NCBI GenBank assembly: GCA_964016885.1
Contig: OZ024743.1
Coordinates: forward strand, 127,534,001-127,598,000
Source of the DNA: Eledone cirrhosa
Taxonomy: Eukaryota
Reading direction: 5' to 3'
DNA: 64,000 nt
A program made the position numbers and the translations under genes. Numbering within the stretch: the stretch's first letter is position 1; every line of letters begins with the position of its first letter. This document shows, piece by piece, positions 13,378 to 26,439 of the stretch. Below the pieces are notes generated by a model that was not told the origin of the DNA, did no database searches, and was given only the letters and a program-made list of their open reading frames with translations.

Positions 13378-14755
13378 ATATATAAAACTGAGGATGTCTG
13401 TCTGTGTGTGTGTGTGAGTTTGAATCCCTAAAACTCGAGAAGCACCCAACCGACTGTTTTCAAACTTTACACATGTAATACTTATGTTTCAGGGAGTGAA
13501 AAAAATTTCAAATTTTCAATGCTCTAGGGACCGCATTAGGCGATTTAGCGATCTATAATTCTTAGTCTTTCTCTTTTTAGATAGATACATACATATAACG
13601 TTGTGCCCTTATAATATCTGTCTGTATGTCTGACTGTCTGAATTATGTCACTTCCCTGAGAATGTCTGTCTGTGTGTGTGTGTCTGTGAGTTTGAATCTC
13701 TAAAACTCGAGAAGTACCCAACCGACTTTTTTCAAACTTTACATGTGTATTACTTATGTTTCAGGGAGTGTTATGCACATAAAATTCAACTTTTTGATCC
13801 TCTGGGGCCTGCATTAAGTGAAAAACTGCGTTTTTTCAGGTCTTCAGGGCTTGAGGCGTTAAATCAGACTGATTTCCTTGAAATTGTAACTATGTATTAG
13901 TTAGTCTCTTCTTCATACCGTGAGCAAAGAAAATCCAACTTTTTTATGGCCTAGGGCCTGCATTAGGTGAAAAACTTCATTTTTTCAGCTTTTTAGGGCT
14001 TTTTTGAGGCGTTACGTCTAGCTGATTTTCCTGAAATTTCAAGGCATATTATGCACATAAAAAAAATTCATTTTCTTGATCTCCTAGGGCCCGCATTAGG
14101 TGAAAACCTGCATTTTTCCTGCTTCATCGAGGAAATCATCATCACCATCATCATCACCGTTTTACGTCCGTTCTTCCATGCTAGCATGGGTTAGACGGGT
14201 TGTCCTGTTGTGAGCAGTGTCTGGTCGGCTGACCATGCCTTGCTCATACAGGAACTGATTTGGCTTGATTTCTACAGCTGGATGCCCTTCCTAACACCAA
14301 CCTCATTTACAGTGAGTGTTGGGTGCTTTTTCCGTGGCGCCTACACGTCCACTTTACAGTGTGGGCTGAGTGCATTTTTGCCATGGCACCTCCACGACCA
14401 CCTTGCAGTGGGAGGGTGAGGGGGCATATTGTCTATATGCTTCAGCTTATACCCATGGGAGGTCGGATACTCTGTATTACTGCGTGACGCCAGAGGTCAC
14501 GGTCGTGTGTCATCGCCTTTGAGAGGTGTAATTGGATAAGGTCGGCTTTTATCACCTCATCCCAGGTCATCTTGGGTCTCCCCACTCCGCGGTCTCCATT
14601 GACTTCTAGTGCTTAAAGATTATCCAGCCATCAGAGTATTTTGGTTTATTTTCTTTACATATTCTCCAGGCATGCAGTTTTTCCACGACTAGGTCTGTTG
14701 GCGGCCCGCATTCCAAAATACCTTATCCCTTGCAACACTGGGTACCACTGCTAGT
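13378..14755 (+). mobile_element. non-autonomous Helitron-like element, interrupted by an RTE 3' fragment
   Basis: 5' TATATAAAACTGAGGATGTCTGTCTG(TG)n resembles the 5' end of the helicase-bearing element at 24723; internal ~60-120 bp subrepeats; 3' CCC-TTGCAACACT-GGG hairpin followed by CTAG|T. Confidence 0.6.
14137..14610 (-). mobile_element. RTE subfamily A 3' fragment
   Basis: Near-identical reverse complement of 6340-6815, with (CAT)n tail. Confidence 0.88.
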
Positions 14756-15191
14756 ATATAATATTTGTGTGAGTGTATATGTGTTTGTGTGTGTTTATTT
14801 AGAAAGATACATCGACAATAGAATTACAAACACACACGAATCTACATATATAAACAAGCACACTTAAAAAAATAATTATTACATGCACAAACATCTATGT
14901 GATGACTGAGAAAGGAGGTGGGCATGAGAAACTATAGAAGTCCAGCGTTCTAAGATTCATCACAGCTGTGTGTGTGTGTATGTGTAGCGATTTACCTACA
15001 CACATTGACTGTGTGTTTGTATGTTTGTATCACTTGTGTGAGTGAGCATGAAGGAACCAACCAACAAACAAACAAACATCTCTTTTTTATATTATGTATA
15101 CATATTACAATTATCCATCATCTTTGACGACATGGGGCTAGCATGGAAGATGATGATGAGATGATGATAAATGTATATATATATATATATA

Positions 15192-16165
15192 TGGGGTGTA
15201 TTCAAAATGTTCATGGAAAAATGGAATGAAAAGAAAACTCTCCACATAAGCATCATCAACATCAAGGCACTTTTGTAAGTTATGATACCAGCCATTATAC
15301 TGTCCTAATAGAACTGAGGATTCTGAGAATTTAACCATATCAAACTAGCTATTTTAAAATTATTAATGGTCTCAAATTGGGTTTAGGAAATAAAAAAAAA
15401 TCAGAAAGTGCTAAATCAGGATTAAAGGGTGGATGTCTAATAATTTCCCATTAAAATTCCCACAAGGTCCCCCTTGTTTGACAAAGGAATGGGGAGGGGC
15501 ATTGTCTTGTTTGAAAAGAACTCTCTCAAGAAGTTTTTCAGGGTGCTTTTCTGCTAAATTTCTGGCAAATCTCAAAACTTTTTCATAATAAGCAGATGTT
15601 ACTGTTTTTCTTCCCTCTAAGAAGTCAACTAACAAAAGCCCTCAGCATCCCAAAAGACTGTTGCCATAATGGTTCATTCTTGCTTTAACTGGACCCTTTC
15701 CACCTTTGGGTAACCATTGCTTTAACTGAGTTCTATCTTTAGGATTGGACTGGTAAAGCCACGTTTCATCTCCAGTCAACAATTTGCCTCAGAAAACCTT
15801 CTGGATTTTGACCCCATTTGTTTAAACTTTCAAAGAAAGCTCTGCTCTTGTTTGTAAATTTTGATTTTTAAGGGAAGTATCTCTATAAACAATTCTCAAA
15901 GTTTCAACCATATCCTTTTTCTTCCAACCAATTTTTACCATAAATTTGATGTTGGTTTTTGCTTCAGTTTTAACAGAACTCATGTTGCTTTAAGGTTAGT
16001 TGCTTTTAAAATGGCATAAATTTCAATTTATAACTTCAAATTACTTCCGGATAATACAGGTTAGAACATGTATGTACACGTTTAAGTTGCTACAAGCAAG
16101 TAGCAAAATGTTTTAATAGTGTTTCTATAAAAGACATTTTCCACAAACTTTTTTAATTTCCCTTG
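15192..16165 (-). mobile_element. degenerate mariner transposon
   Basis: ORF remnant LVDFLEGRKTVTSAYY...QDNAPPH; decayed TIRs GGGGTGTATTCAAAATGTTCATGGAAAA / TTTTCCACAAACTTTTTTAATTTCCC. Confidence 0.75.
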
Positions 16166-16181
16166 TTGATGTGTGTGTGTA

Positions 16182-16236
<55 letters not shown>

Positions 16237-16318
16237 GAGAGAGATGAGATTTAAAAATAAAATTGTTATTGATTAACAAATGATGAAATGATTTCTAATA
16301 TATTTTGCTATGTTCCAG

Positions 16319-16513
16319 GAACTGAACCCTAACATAGAAGCACCGATTTCTAAAATCCTGGAACATATTAAATTGAATGTAGATAAAAGCCCTTCTGACA
16401 ACCTGAGAATATCCAAAGATGACAAAGGAACCATGCATATCTGGATTAATTCCGAACTTTCTGATTACCCATTTACCTGGGAGTTAATTGGGGAACCAGC
16501 ACATGAAGAAATG
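16319..16513 (+). CDS. NHEJ1: NHEJ1/XLF internal coding exon (head domain), phase 0/0
   Basis: ttccag|GAA acceptor and ATG|gtaatt donor; 195 nt. ELNPNIEAP...INSELSDYPFTW aligns to XLF ELNKRLTAP...VRSELSGLPFYW. Confidence 0.88.
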
Positions 16514-16719
16514 GTAATTCCACGTTTTTTATATCTTTATATCTTTTTGTTGGTGCAGGCATGGCTGGGTATTAAGAGATTTGCTTTTCAATTTCATAAT
16601 TGAGTTCTATAGTTGAGTTCTATCCCACTGTGGCACCATGGGCAAGTTTCTTCAGGTTGACCAATGTCTGCTAAGAGAATGTGATTGAAGGAAACTTTAC
16701 GAAGCCTGGATGGGAGGCA

Positions 16720-18520
16720 TCATGTCTTCCTATAGAGATAAGTGTCAGAGGATTTGTTGATAACAGAGTTACCTTACTGGACAGCTGTATATATTTTCCA
16801 TTATGCTCTGACTCTCCAGTAGCAAGGAATCCATAATGACATTCTAACAAGATCTTCGATCTGTCATTGCCAAAGTCCCAAAAACAGACAAGATTCTTCT
16901 CCTTGGTTATTTTAATGTCAGGGCTGGTAAGGATCACGAGACTTGGGAAGCATTGGGGAAGTACGGTCTTGGAAACGTGAATGGCAATGGGTTGCACCTT
17001 CTTCAGCTCTGCACTGAATTTGAACTAGCCATTTGCAACTTCTTTTTCCACTAGAAGGACGTTCATAAGGTTATTTGTATTCACCCAAGATCCAAACATG
17101 GGCATATTCTTCATTATGTCATTTGTCTAAAATGAGTTGTTCAGGATGTCTGCACTGTCTGGGCTTTGCATGGTTCTGAGTGTGGGACAGACCATGCACT
17201 AGTACGTGGAAAAAGGAAATTTCGCATCAAACGTAATATAAGATCTAATGGGACAAGGCTTCCTTGACACATAAATATGTCAAGATTGCAGGACATGGTA
17301 GTTGGTAAGGATCTGAGGAGGGATTTTGAAGAAACAGAATTTGACGGCTCATGGGATCAGTTTAAGACGGTGGTCTACAATAATAGTGTTTAAGTCCTAG
17401 GTCTCAGGAAAAAGAAACATCGGGATTGGTTTGATGAAAATGATTCTCAGATCAACCAGTTATTGAGGGCAAAATATGATGCTCATCAAGTTTTTGAGTG
17501 TTTCAGATAAAATCTTTGCTCCAGCATGGATGAAAAATAAATAGTGGTCAGACATTTCAATATAGATTCAGAGTGCCCATGATGGAAAGGACTCCACCAG
17601 ATCAATTATGCCTTTGGCCCTCAATCCATGTTCATGGTACCATTCAGGTCCAAAGATGGGTTTGTTCTTTTCAAAGACTCAAACAGTATAATGGAATGCT
17701 GGAGCAAGCATTTTACTGATCACTTTTTATAATTCCTCAGCGTTTAATGTAGATATCATCAATAATTTGCCTCAGTTGGATATGATTCATGAGATGACAG
17801 ATCATCCTACTTTGGTAGACGTCCAACACACTAGGGAAGATTAATACTGGGAATGCCCCAGGTTTGATAGTTCCTGTCGAGATCTTGCTTCATGGGTGTG
17901 ACAGAATAGCTGTGGAGATTTACCATTTGATTTCTGATATTTGGTTGGGTGCTACTGTTCCTCAAGACTGGATTGATATGATCATTATTTTCTTCAAGGG
18001 AAAGGTGTCAAAGTTGGTGTGTGGCAACTATTGGAGAATAGGCCTTCTTGAAGCAGTGGGTAAAGATTTTGAAAAACTTCTCCTTAATAGGCTTACCAAG
18101 TCGATTTGCCCTCAAGTGATTCCGGTGACACAGTATGGCTTTAGGTTGGGCAGGGGCACAATAGACATGATCTTGGCCTGCCAGCTGCAGGAGAAATGTT
18201 AAGAACATTGCGTGGCTTTGTACCAGGTTTTTGTTGACCTTACTAAAACTTTTGATTCCGTAAAAAGGGATGCCCTGTAGACCATACTTAGTAAGGTGGC
18301 ATGCCTTCCAGATTTCATGAAATTGTTCAAACAGTTACATGGAGTATGAAAGGGAGGCTTGACTTCGATGGTTCTCTGGCTGAACCCATATCTATTGACA
18401 ATGGAGTTAAACAAGGAGACATCCCAGCACCAACTCTGTTCTCTATCATCTTTGCCGTGACTCTCACAAATGCATTTCAGATTTGTGACGTCAGTGTGTA
18501 TCTGCGTTTCAGGGCTTTAG
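16720..18520 (+). mobile_element. old RTE (BovB-like) LINE fragment
   Basis: Degenerate endonuclease (NGNG..LL, HPRSKH, CGTDH) and RT (KGK..CGNY, QYGFR.GRGTIDM, QLQEKC, GVKQG..PAPTLF). Confidence 0.8.
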
Positions 18521-19419
18521 GGTACAATTTAGGGTTGAATCAAAGACTTTCCATATATTGTTTGAGAAACACATAGTATTTTGTACACACTCAAAGCACA
18601 TAATATTTAGGCAAAATATGTACTTCAAAGCGTAAAAAGTTCTTCTTTCCTAATAGTGCCATTTCATGGCTCTAGGAAGTATATGTATATATAATAATAC
18701 TGAAACAAAGTCATCGGATATGACCGAATAATCTTTGATCGTTTTCCCCACTCACTTGATGTTTTAATTAAGCTAGTATTTTTAAGATACCAACCCAAAT
18801 GAAAACAGTGCACACTAATACGTTAAATAGTGAGAAGAACGTTTTCGTGTGGGTAGGGAATTAGATTCTCTCTTTCCAGACTAATTAATTAGTTTCCACT
18901 ACTATGTATATATATGTATATATATATATCAGCCCCACACTGTAAATGTGGTTGGTGTTAGGAAGGGCATCCAGCTGTAGAAAACCCGCCAGACAGTCCT
19001 ATGCGAGCAAGACAACCACTCTTGCCTCAAGTGGGAAAACCCCCGTCCAAACCCATGCAAGCGTGGAACACGGACGCTAAACCTTGATGATGATGATGAT
19101 GATGTATATATATATATTTCGTTTCTGAATTTGTTTAGCAAGATTCTTTATCTGAAAACGTGTGTTGAAACCGATATTGTTATACTTTGGGAGGGTCATG
19201 TTGCCAATAAGAAACACACGCACCAGTTGCTTTCACTTCAATTTATTATAATAAATTTATAAATTTAGGAATTTATAAATTTCCAGTTGGTTGGTTGGTT
19301 CCACAACCAGATGGTTGTTTATATATTGTCAAAGTTCTTTCATCACACATTCTGTGACCTCTTCAGTGACTGGGGATTCTTTTCTTTGCTTTTGTGCCTC
19401 TCCTTTGTTCTGTCCTCTG

Positions 19420-20442
19420 TACAGTAGCTAGAGTCAGAACTGGATGGAAAAAGTTCAGAGAGCTTATACCACTATTAGCCACTAAAGGGTTCTCCCTAAA
19501 AATGAAAGGCAGGTTGTATGATGCCTGCATACGAACAGCAATGTTGCATGGCAGTGAGACCTGGGCATTGTGTGCAGAGGATATACGCAGACTAGAGAGG
19601 AACGAAGCTTGCATGCTCTGCTGGATGTGTAATAGTAACATACGTGAACGGCAAAGCATAAGCGAACTAAGGAAAAAATTAGAAATAAAAGGGATCAGAT
19701 GTTGTTTACTCGAGAAAAGGCTATGTTGGTATGGTCACGTGATGCGCATGAAAGATGACAGCTGTATAACAAAGTGCAGGGCAATAAAGATAGACGGTAG
19801 CTACGGAGTAGGCAGACCCAGAAAAACCTGGGACGAGCTGATAAATTCCGACCTCACACACTTACACCTCTCCAAGACAATGTCACTGGACCGAGACCTT
19901 TGGTGGTACTCAGTAATAGAGAAGACCCGCCTTATCTAAATACAAAGTAAAACCTACTACAGTCAGTAGGCATCTCTAACAAAATACCCCCCCCCCCCGT
20001 CCCACCACCCCCACCCCATCCACACCGCCCCTTTCAATGTAAAGTTATGTTGGTGCCACAACATCCAGGCCGAAACAAATGAGATCGTGTAGGTGTCACG
20101 ACAAAAAAACACACAGTCCACGCTGTAATGTGGTCGTGTAGGCAACACGGTAAAAACCTCCCAGCCCCACACTGTAAATGTGGTTGGTGTTAGGAAGGGC
20201 ATCCAGCTGTAGAAAACCCGCCAGACAGTCCACGCTGTAATGTGGCCGTGTAGGCAACACGGTAAAAACCTCCCAGCCCCACACTGTAAATGTGGTTGGT
20301 GTTAGGAAGGGCATCCAGCTGTAGAAAACCCGCCAGACAGTCCTATGCGAGCAAGACAATCACTCTTGCCTCAAGTGGGAAAACCCCCGTCCAAACCCAT
20401 GCAAGCGTGGAACACGGACGTTAAACGTTGATGATGATGATG
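19420..20442 (+). mobile_element. RTE subfamily B 3' fragment with a tandem duplication in the 3' UTR (isolated tail also at 18930-19103)
   Basis: Closely matches the reverse complement of 9615-10535; (GAT)n tail. Confidence 0.9.
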
Positions 20443-20589
20443 TATATAGATGTATATATATATGTGAATGTATGTATATGAGGTGTTTCTGAAAAGTAAC
20501 AGGACTTAGTGTGCTGTGTGAGCTATGAATGGGGTAGGGATTAGTGGGTTGTGTCATGGTGTGATGTAATATCCAGGGAGTATATAACT

Positions 20590-21356
20590 GTGATCTCAAC
20601 TCTCTGCAGCCATTGTATGTTTTTTGGCGTGCTTTTGTTAAAAGCTACTTAGTTTTAGGCTGTCAACTGATTGTTACAGAGCAACAAACCAACCTGAAGT
20701 TTCTGGTCCAGCTGGGGATAACTCTATCAGAAGTACTTGGAATACAGCAGCAAGTGTACATAGAGATGATGATGTTGTGCTCATGAATTTTCAAGTGGCA
20801 CAAAAGGTTTAAAGGGATGCGAGTACATGGAAGATGACCCTAGGAGCAGGAGGTCTTCAGCGAGTAAGACTGAGGCCAACGTTGAGTGCATGAGGCAGGT
20901 GGTGTGTGGCAATCTTCGGCTGACTGTTTGACTGATCGGAAGTGAGATGGACATGAACTGCGACAGCGTTTGGAAGATTATCACCAAAGATTTGGGCATG
21001 TGGAAGGTCACCGGCTTACAACGCACTGAGCATCTGTCAGTTCCTGGCCAAGAAGAACATCACCGAACTGGAACAACCTCCTTATTCAACTGATCTTACT
21101 CCGTGTGATATTTTTTTCTTTTCCCTTAGCTCAAGAGGTTATCAAGGGGACCCGTTTTGAAGGCATGGAGGCCATCAAGAGGGCCATCTCGAAGGAGCTG
21201 AGGGGCATCCCAAAAGAATCCTTCCAGCAGTGCATAGAAACATGGTAGAGAAAGATTTGGGAATTACTTTGAAGGGGAAACCATGTAGTTTCTCGGTTGG
21301 AATTGAATTGAATTGTTTGTGACACCAGTCCCGTTACTTTTCAGACAAATATCGTA
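20590..21356 (+). mobile_element. degenerate, internally deleted mariner
   Basis: Remnants of the EDDPRSRR and QPPYSTDLTPCDIF motifs; 3' TIR-like GTCCCGTTACTTTTCAGACAAATATCG|TA. Confidence 0.7.
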
Positions 21357-22327
21357 TATATATCATCATCATTCATCATTTCATTTTACGTCCACTTTTC
21401 TCTGCTTGCAAGGGTGGGACGGGAACTGATTCTGGCTTGATTTCTACAGCTGGATGCCCTTCCTAACACCAACCTCATTTACAGTGAGTGCTGGGTGCTC
21501 TTTTGTCGTGGCACCTCCACGACCACTTTGCAGTGGAATGATATGGACCTCAGTCCCTATCATCTCATTTGTAAAGCTGAGTAAACTGGAGCAATGTGAA
21601 ATAAAGTGTCTTGCTCAAGGAAACAACACATCACCCGGTCTGAGAATTGAACTCACAACCTTTCGATTGCAAGGCCAATGCTGTAACCACTAAGCCATGT
21701 GCCTATATATATATATATTTATAAGTAATTTCAAGAATTACTTCACTCATGGATATCAATAAATGGTGAAAAAAAAAAATATATATATATATATATATCT
21801 GTCTCCGTGGCCTAATGGTAGGTATTAGAGACGGTGGAGAACCTGCTCTGGGTTTCGATCTCAGTCAAAGTCTATAGATAATAATTTCATTTTCAAGGGC
21901 GGTGCCCCAGCATGGCCTCAGCCCGATGGCTGAAACAGGTAAAAGAGTAAAAGAGTATATATACATATCCTCTTGGTCGAGAAAAAATCTGGTCATTCTG
22001 ACTGCTGCTAGTTATAGTGGTAGTAGACTGACCTCCCTGCCTTTGCTTCTATCTTTACACACGGCACTGGACGGAATTGATTCCACATCATTTATTCTCA
22101 TCTCGGGAACAATTTTGAATAGCGCCAGTTCGTAATTTGAACTCGGGAATTTTATATTCTCCGAGTGAAAAGATCCTTCTGACGAGAGTTTATCTTTGCA
22201 ATGGACGGCCGTAAGGACTGTCCATTTGTTTTTGAGACTCGAAACCAATTCGGTAACGGTAACCATAGTGAGTACAGTTAATTTTTTAAAATTTATTTTG
22301 AAACTTTTTCTTATTTGCTAAACCTTG

Positions 22328-22370
<43 letters not shown>

Positions 22371-22374
<4 letters not shown>

Positions 22375-23170
22375 ATAATAATAAATTTGAAGACTAAAAT
22401 CCAAAGAGGGCTCGATAAGGATAAATATATATCAAATATATAAGAACCGTAGAGCAAATATTTATTAAAATAACAGATTAAAGTTTAAGCAAAGAATCGC
22501 TGCTTTCACCCTTAACGGGATCTTCTGAAACTAACAAAGTCAATCTGTAAACGCAGAAGTGGATATTTCAAAAAACGTTGCAACCGGAGGAAGACAGGAA
22601 GACGATACTTTGGTTCGTGGAAACGTTCCCTATGCAAATAAGTAATGGTATAAACAAAACATATACTTAGCTACCACATCAAGACGTAAACAATCCACGT
22701 ATAGATCGTACTATCCGTTAGGGTATAATGTAGGGCTGTAATACAGGAAAGTTTTGTGCAATTTATGTTTACAAGCCGAAATTGCCTCAGATTTTTTGTT
22801 TAAGATGTAGTCTGTGGTGTAGAGTATTTCCAGGGCCTCAGCGGCTCAGAGGTCACATGGTCTTTTATTTCCGTTATACGATCTAGCCCTAGCTAGGATC
22901 TCACAGTGTAACTTAAATTGGGTGTGGTTGTCTTTTAGACTCCAGATATAAGCTGAAAGTGACGTCATATTCCTTCTAAGAGGGTAACAAAAAGAATGGG
23001 TATGCATGTAAAGACGCTGCTTGAATCTATTGGCGGTTAACCCTATGTAGGCCCTACGGGACGTGGGTGTTTCAACCTTACATTTGTAGACAATGTTACT
23101 AGAGAGGCATTTCCCGGATAGGGGGCAATCAACCCGATTCCTACAATTACAGTTAGTACTAACAGGATGT
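22371..23170 (-). mobile_element. Penelope-like element 3' part (GIY-YIG endonuclease plus 3' UTR/pLTR)
   Basis: Reverse complement of 36605-37400; CNCRNRVDCPLSGKC...VYKC...YIGLT...CDL; ends at a (TA)n array. Confidence 0.85.
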
Positions 23171-23199
23171 AGTTATACAAATACAAATGATACAAATGT

Positions 23200-24720
23200 A
23201 GTTATACAAATGATCAAAGACAATACACGTTGCAAATCTGTAAAAAAACAAGCAGTTTTGCTAAAGTACAAAAAGTTGTAATGAAAGCAGAGTTGTATAC
23301 AAACAAAAAAACAATGAGAGTAGAATAAGACAAAATCTATTCTTTGAGAGCATCCTTTGCTGTGTATGGTTAAATTTTGAACTTATAATCCAAAATATCC
23401 TGCATGACATATTCATTGGTATGTTTTATAATGAGTAAGGTGAAGTCAAGGCAGAGCTGTAAGTTTTTTTGATAACACTAAAGCACTTCAGGATAGACGA
23501 TATTCTTTGTTTTTCTTTTCGGAACAAATGCAAAGAGATTATCTCGACTGCCAACTCGTGAGCAGGCAACGTAGAATTGTCCGTGTGAAAAGCAAGGTTC
23601 ATCCAAGTGAATTCCAGCAACGGACAGAGTTTGACCTTGCGACTTGTTTATGGACATCGCAAAGGCAACGCGAAGGGGAAATTGGGTTCGGTGAAAGGGG
23701 AAGGGAGTATCCACGCCTGATGTAGTCAGGCTAATTTTTGTTATTATTACATCCTCGCCTTTTCCACATCCGGATAGAATGGTAGCGTCAATACTAAGTG
23801 GAGACAGTTTTTTAACCACAAAGCGTGTACCATTGCATAGTTTTGGAGGAGTGATATTTCTCAGCAAAATAACTGGTGTTCCCTCTTTCAGAACCAATGT
23901 ATTAGGAGGTAAACCAGGAGGATTTAAAGAATTTAGAAATTCAACTGGATAATTGACCGCATCCTGTGGATCACATACAGTATCAATAGATTTATATATC
24001 CATGGACATCCAGGAAGAAGCTGAAGAAGCTGATCGTTAATACAGCTAACCGTGATACTTTTGGGTGCAAGAATGACTCTTTCGCATAGCCAATCAAGAT
24101 TTGTATAGTTATCACGCAAGTTCGGGAATACACTTGCCTTGAGATCATTGACAGTTTCAACTACATTGCAGATGTGATCAATTGCTATGTGTCCATCTGT
24201 ATCCGGAGGTAGGTTACCATCTCCTATTGTAAGAATGTCTCCAGAAAATGTTGATGACATAGGGTCCCCATGTAACCTTGCACGCGTGTTGGTAGTTAGT
24301 CTTAATGATGTCACTTGTCGCCACAATGGTGAAGACTTAAGACATGCATTTACCGCATCTGCTCTTGTTCCTTTCGGTATTATAGGAAGAGTCTGTCTGA
24401 AGTCTCCTGATAGCAGAAGGGTGACAACCCCCCCATAACATCACTGCAATACCGTATGTCTTGCAAAGGTTATCTCCCTTTTTTATAAGGATTGTCAAAG
24501 TTTGTTATCTCCCTTACATCAATTTTTCTACCGATAATTTTGATATCGATTTTTTATTGCTCAACGTAGGTCGATTTGAAAAATGTTCGTGATGTGACAA
24601 TCTTAGCGACCAGTGCAACGTGCACAGAAAATTTGGTCAAATTCAGTTGGTAATTGTGAAAGCCTTAAGCATGCAAAGTTGTACACAGACACACACACAT
24701 CCTCGCTTTTATATATATAA

Positions 24721-24723
<3 letters not shown>
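23200..24723 (-). mobile_element. Helitron with internal deletion retaining the PIF1-type helicase C-terminus
   Basis: ORF region 24438-23478: GDFRQTLP, ILAPK, ILLRNITPPKLCNGTR, QFPLRVAFAMSINKSQGQTL, FSHGQFYVACSRV, TKNIVYPEVL. 5' TC terminus at 24723; Rep domain absent; 3' end not located. Confidence 0.88.
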
Positions 24724-24754
<31 letters not shown>

Positions 24755-25580
24755 TTTGGTGGATATTTGCATGAATTTAAAACAAGATGCATAGCGCATC
24801 AAAGAAATGCTGTATTTAGATACAGATTAGTACAAATATTATTTACAATACATTTATTATATCTATTTAATGTAACCTTTATTAGCTTCAATGACCTCTA
24901 TCAATACTGGACATTGTGCTGGTAATGGCAGACTTTAGAGATTCTATAGTGTTGTGGGGGTTATGATTGACCTCTCTTTCAACTATGCCCCATAAATAAT
25001 AGTCCAGGGGATTGAGGTGAGCTAGGAGGCCATGTCTGGAAGAACGTGGTTATATAGATTGTCAGGCATCCATGCTTGTGTCATTCTGGCCTTATGAGAG
25101 GGCACGAAGCCTTGGAAGACAAATCGTCTTCTGTTGCTTGCCCTGTTTATCCAGGGCTTCACAACTGTCTCCAACACCTCTTCGTAGACAGCAGCATTGA
25201 CTCTGAAGCCCTGAGTAAAAAAATGAGAAGGCATGACATCTCCTTCATTACTGATGACACTCAGAGCCTCTACAGTCACTGGAAATTTGATGTGCATGAC
25301 TGTTGGATCCTCATTTGGGTTTCTGCATAGCCATCTATCGTTCCTTTGGTTTACATTTTGGTCCTGATCAAAGTTTTTCTCATCAAAAAAGAACCAAAGC
25401 ATTCAAACTTCTTAATGTTTTATTTCATTTAGTAAGTGCTTTGCACGGACCAAATGATTTTCTTTTGTCACATCCAACATAAACTGGCCTCTCCGCATCA
25501 CTTACGACTTGTATTGAATGTTTTCATGGACAACTCTTCTGATGGTGTATTCTGAAAGCTTAAGATCCTTTGTGATGTAC
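24755..25580 (-). mobile_element. Tc1/mariner superfamily (maT/DD37D-like) remnant
   Basis: FFDEKNF, NQRNDRW, VISNEGDVM, SHKARMTQAW, SPQSPGL/NPLDY-type C-terminal motif. Confidence 0.75.
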
Positions 25581-26300
25581 ATTAAACAGTGATGATGACA
25601 ATGATAAGGCTGTGTGTGTATGCCAGTCACCACAAACATTATATCAACATCTCTTATAAAGCCTGTGGTGACAATTGTTTATGTCTTCCATAAGCAATAC
25701 ATCTAGCAGCATAGCAGTTCAATAAACACCAGCAGCAGTACACTCTGCAAACTGGCTGTTGCCAGGAAAGGCATACAGATGAGAAAAACATGCTAAAAAA
25801 AGATTTCATCCAAACCATACAAATGTGGAAAAACTGACGTAAAAATGATGATGACGCTTTTCTTGGAAACATCTTTGAAACTCTATTTGGTGGAGTAGAT
25901 AAGAAATTCATTTACCAGAGCTGCAGAGATTTTGTTGTGTATTTTAGCTTACACCTGCTTCTAAATTGCTCTTATATATATTTCTGATGAAAGATATTCT
26001 CTAAGTAACTTTAATCCTATCATTACCATATTTCTAATGAAAGGCACTACTATTATTTTCAAATCATTTTGAAAGTAGTCATGATTTTGGAAGGATTTAG
26101 TAATATAACTAACTAACTTGTTATATAACTGGTGTTTGGCACATAATGGTTCTTATATAAAATTATGATGGAAGGTTTTTAGATAGATATAACACTTTAA
26201 TATATACATTTTTTTTTAATAATAAACCACAGACAGTTTGGAATAATAGGGTTGATTCTAAACGTTTTCACCTATTGTGTATTTCTTTCTTTTCAACTAG

Positions 26301-26439
26301 ATCTCTGAGAACATGACTATTCCACTTTTGTTGATGGTGTCCGAATTGTATCACCGACAAAGAGAACTAATTCATATTATTTCCAAAAAGGATTCAGAAA
26401 TTGAAGACTACAGATCCCAATCAGTTAAACTTACTCAAA
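26301..26439 (+). CDS. NHEJ1: NHEJ1/XLF coding exon (coiled coil), phase 0/1
   Basis: Pyrimidine tract + aactag|ATC acceptor; CAA A|gtaaag donor; 139 nt. ISENMTIPLLLMVSELYHRQRELIHIISKKDSEIEDYRSQ aligns to XLF [40 protein letters not shown]. Confidence 0.9.

Noticed and set aside
2700-16300. First coding exon of NHEJ1
   Set aside because: No segment with the expected XLF N-terminal motifs and a phase-0 donor was found; probably upstream of the window.
23478-24326. Host PIF1 helicase gene
   Set aside because: Intronless, N-terminally truncated, ends in the Helitron-typical TKNIVY.EVL and is linked to a Helitron 5' end.
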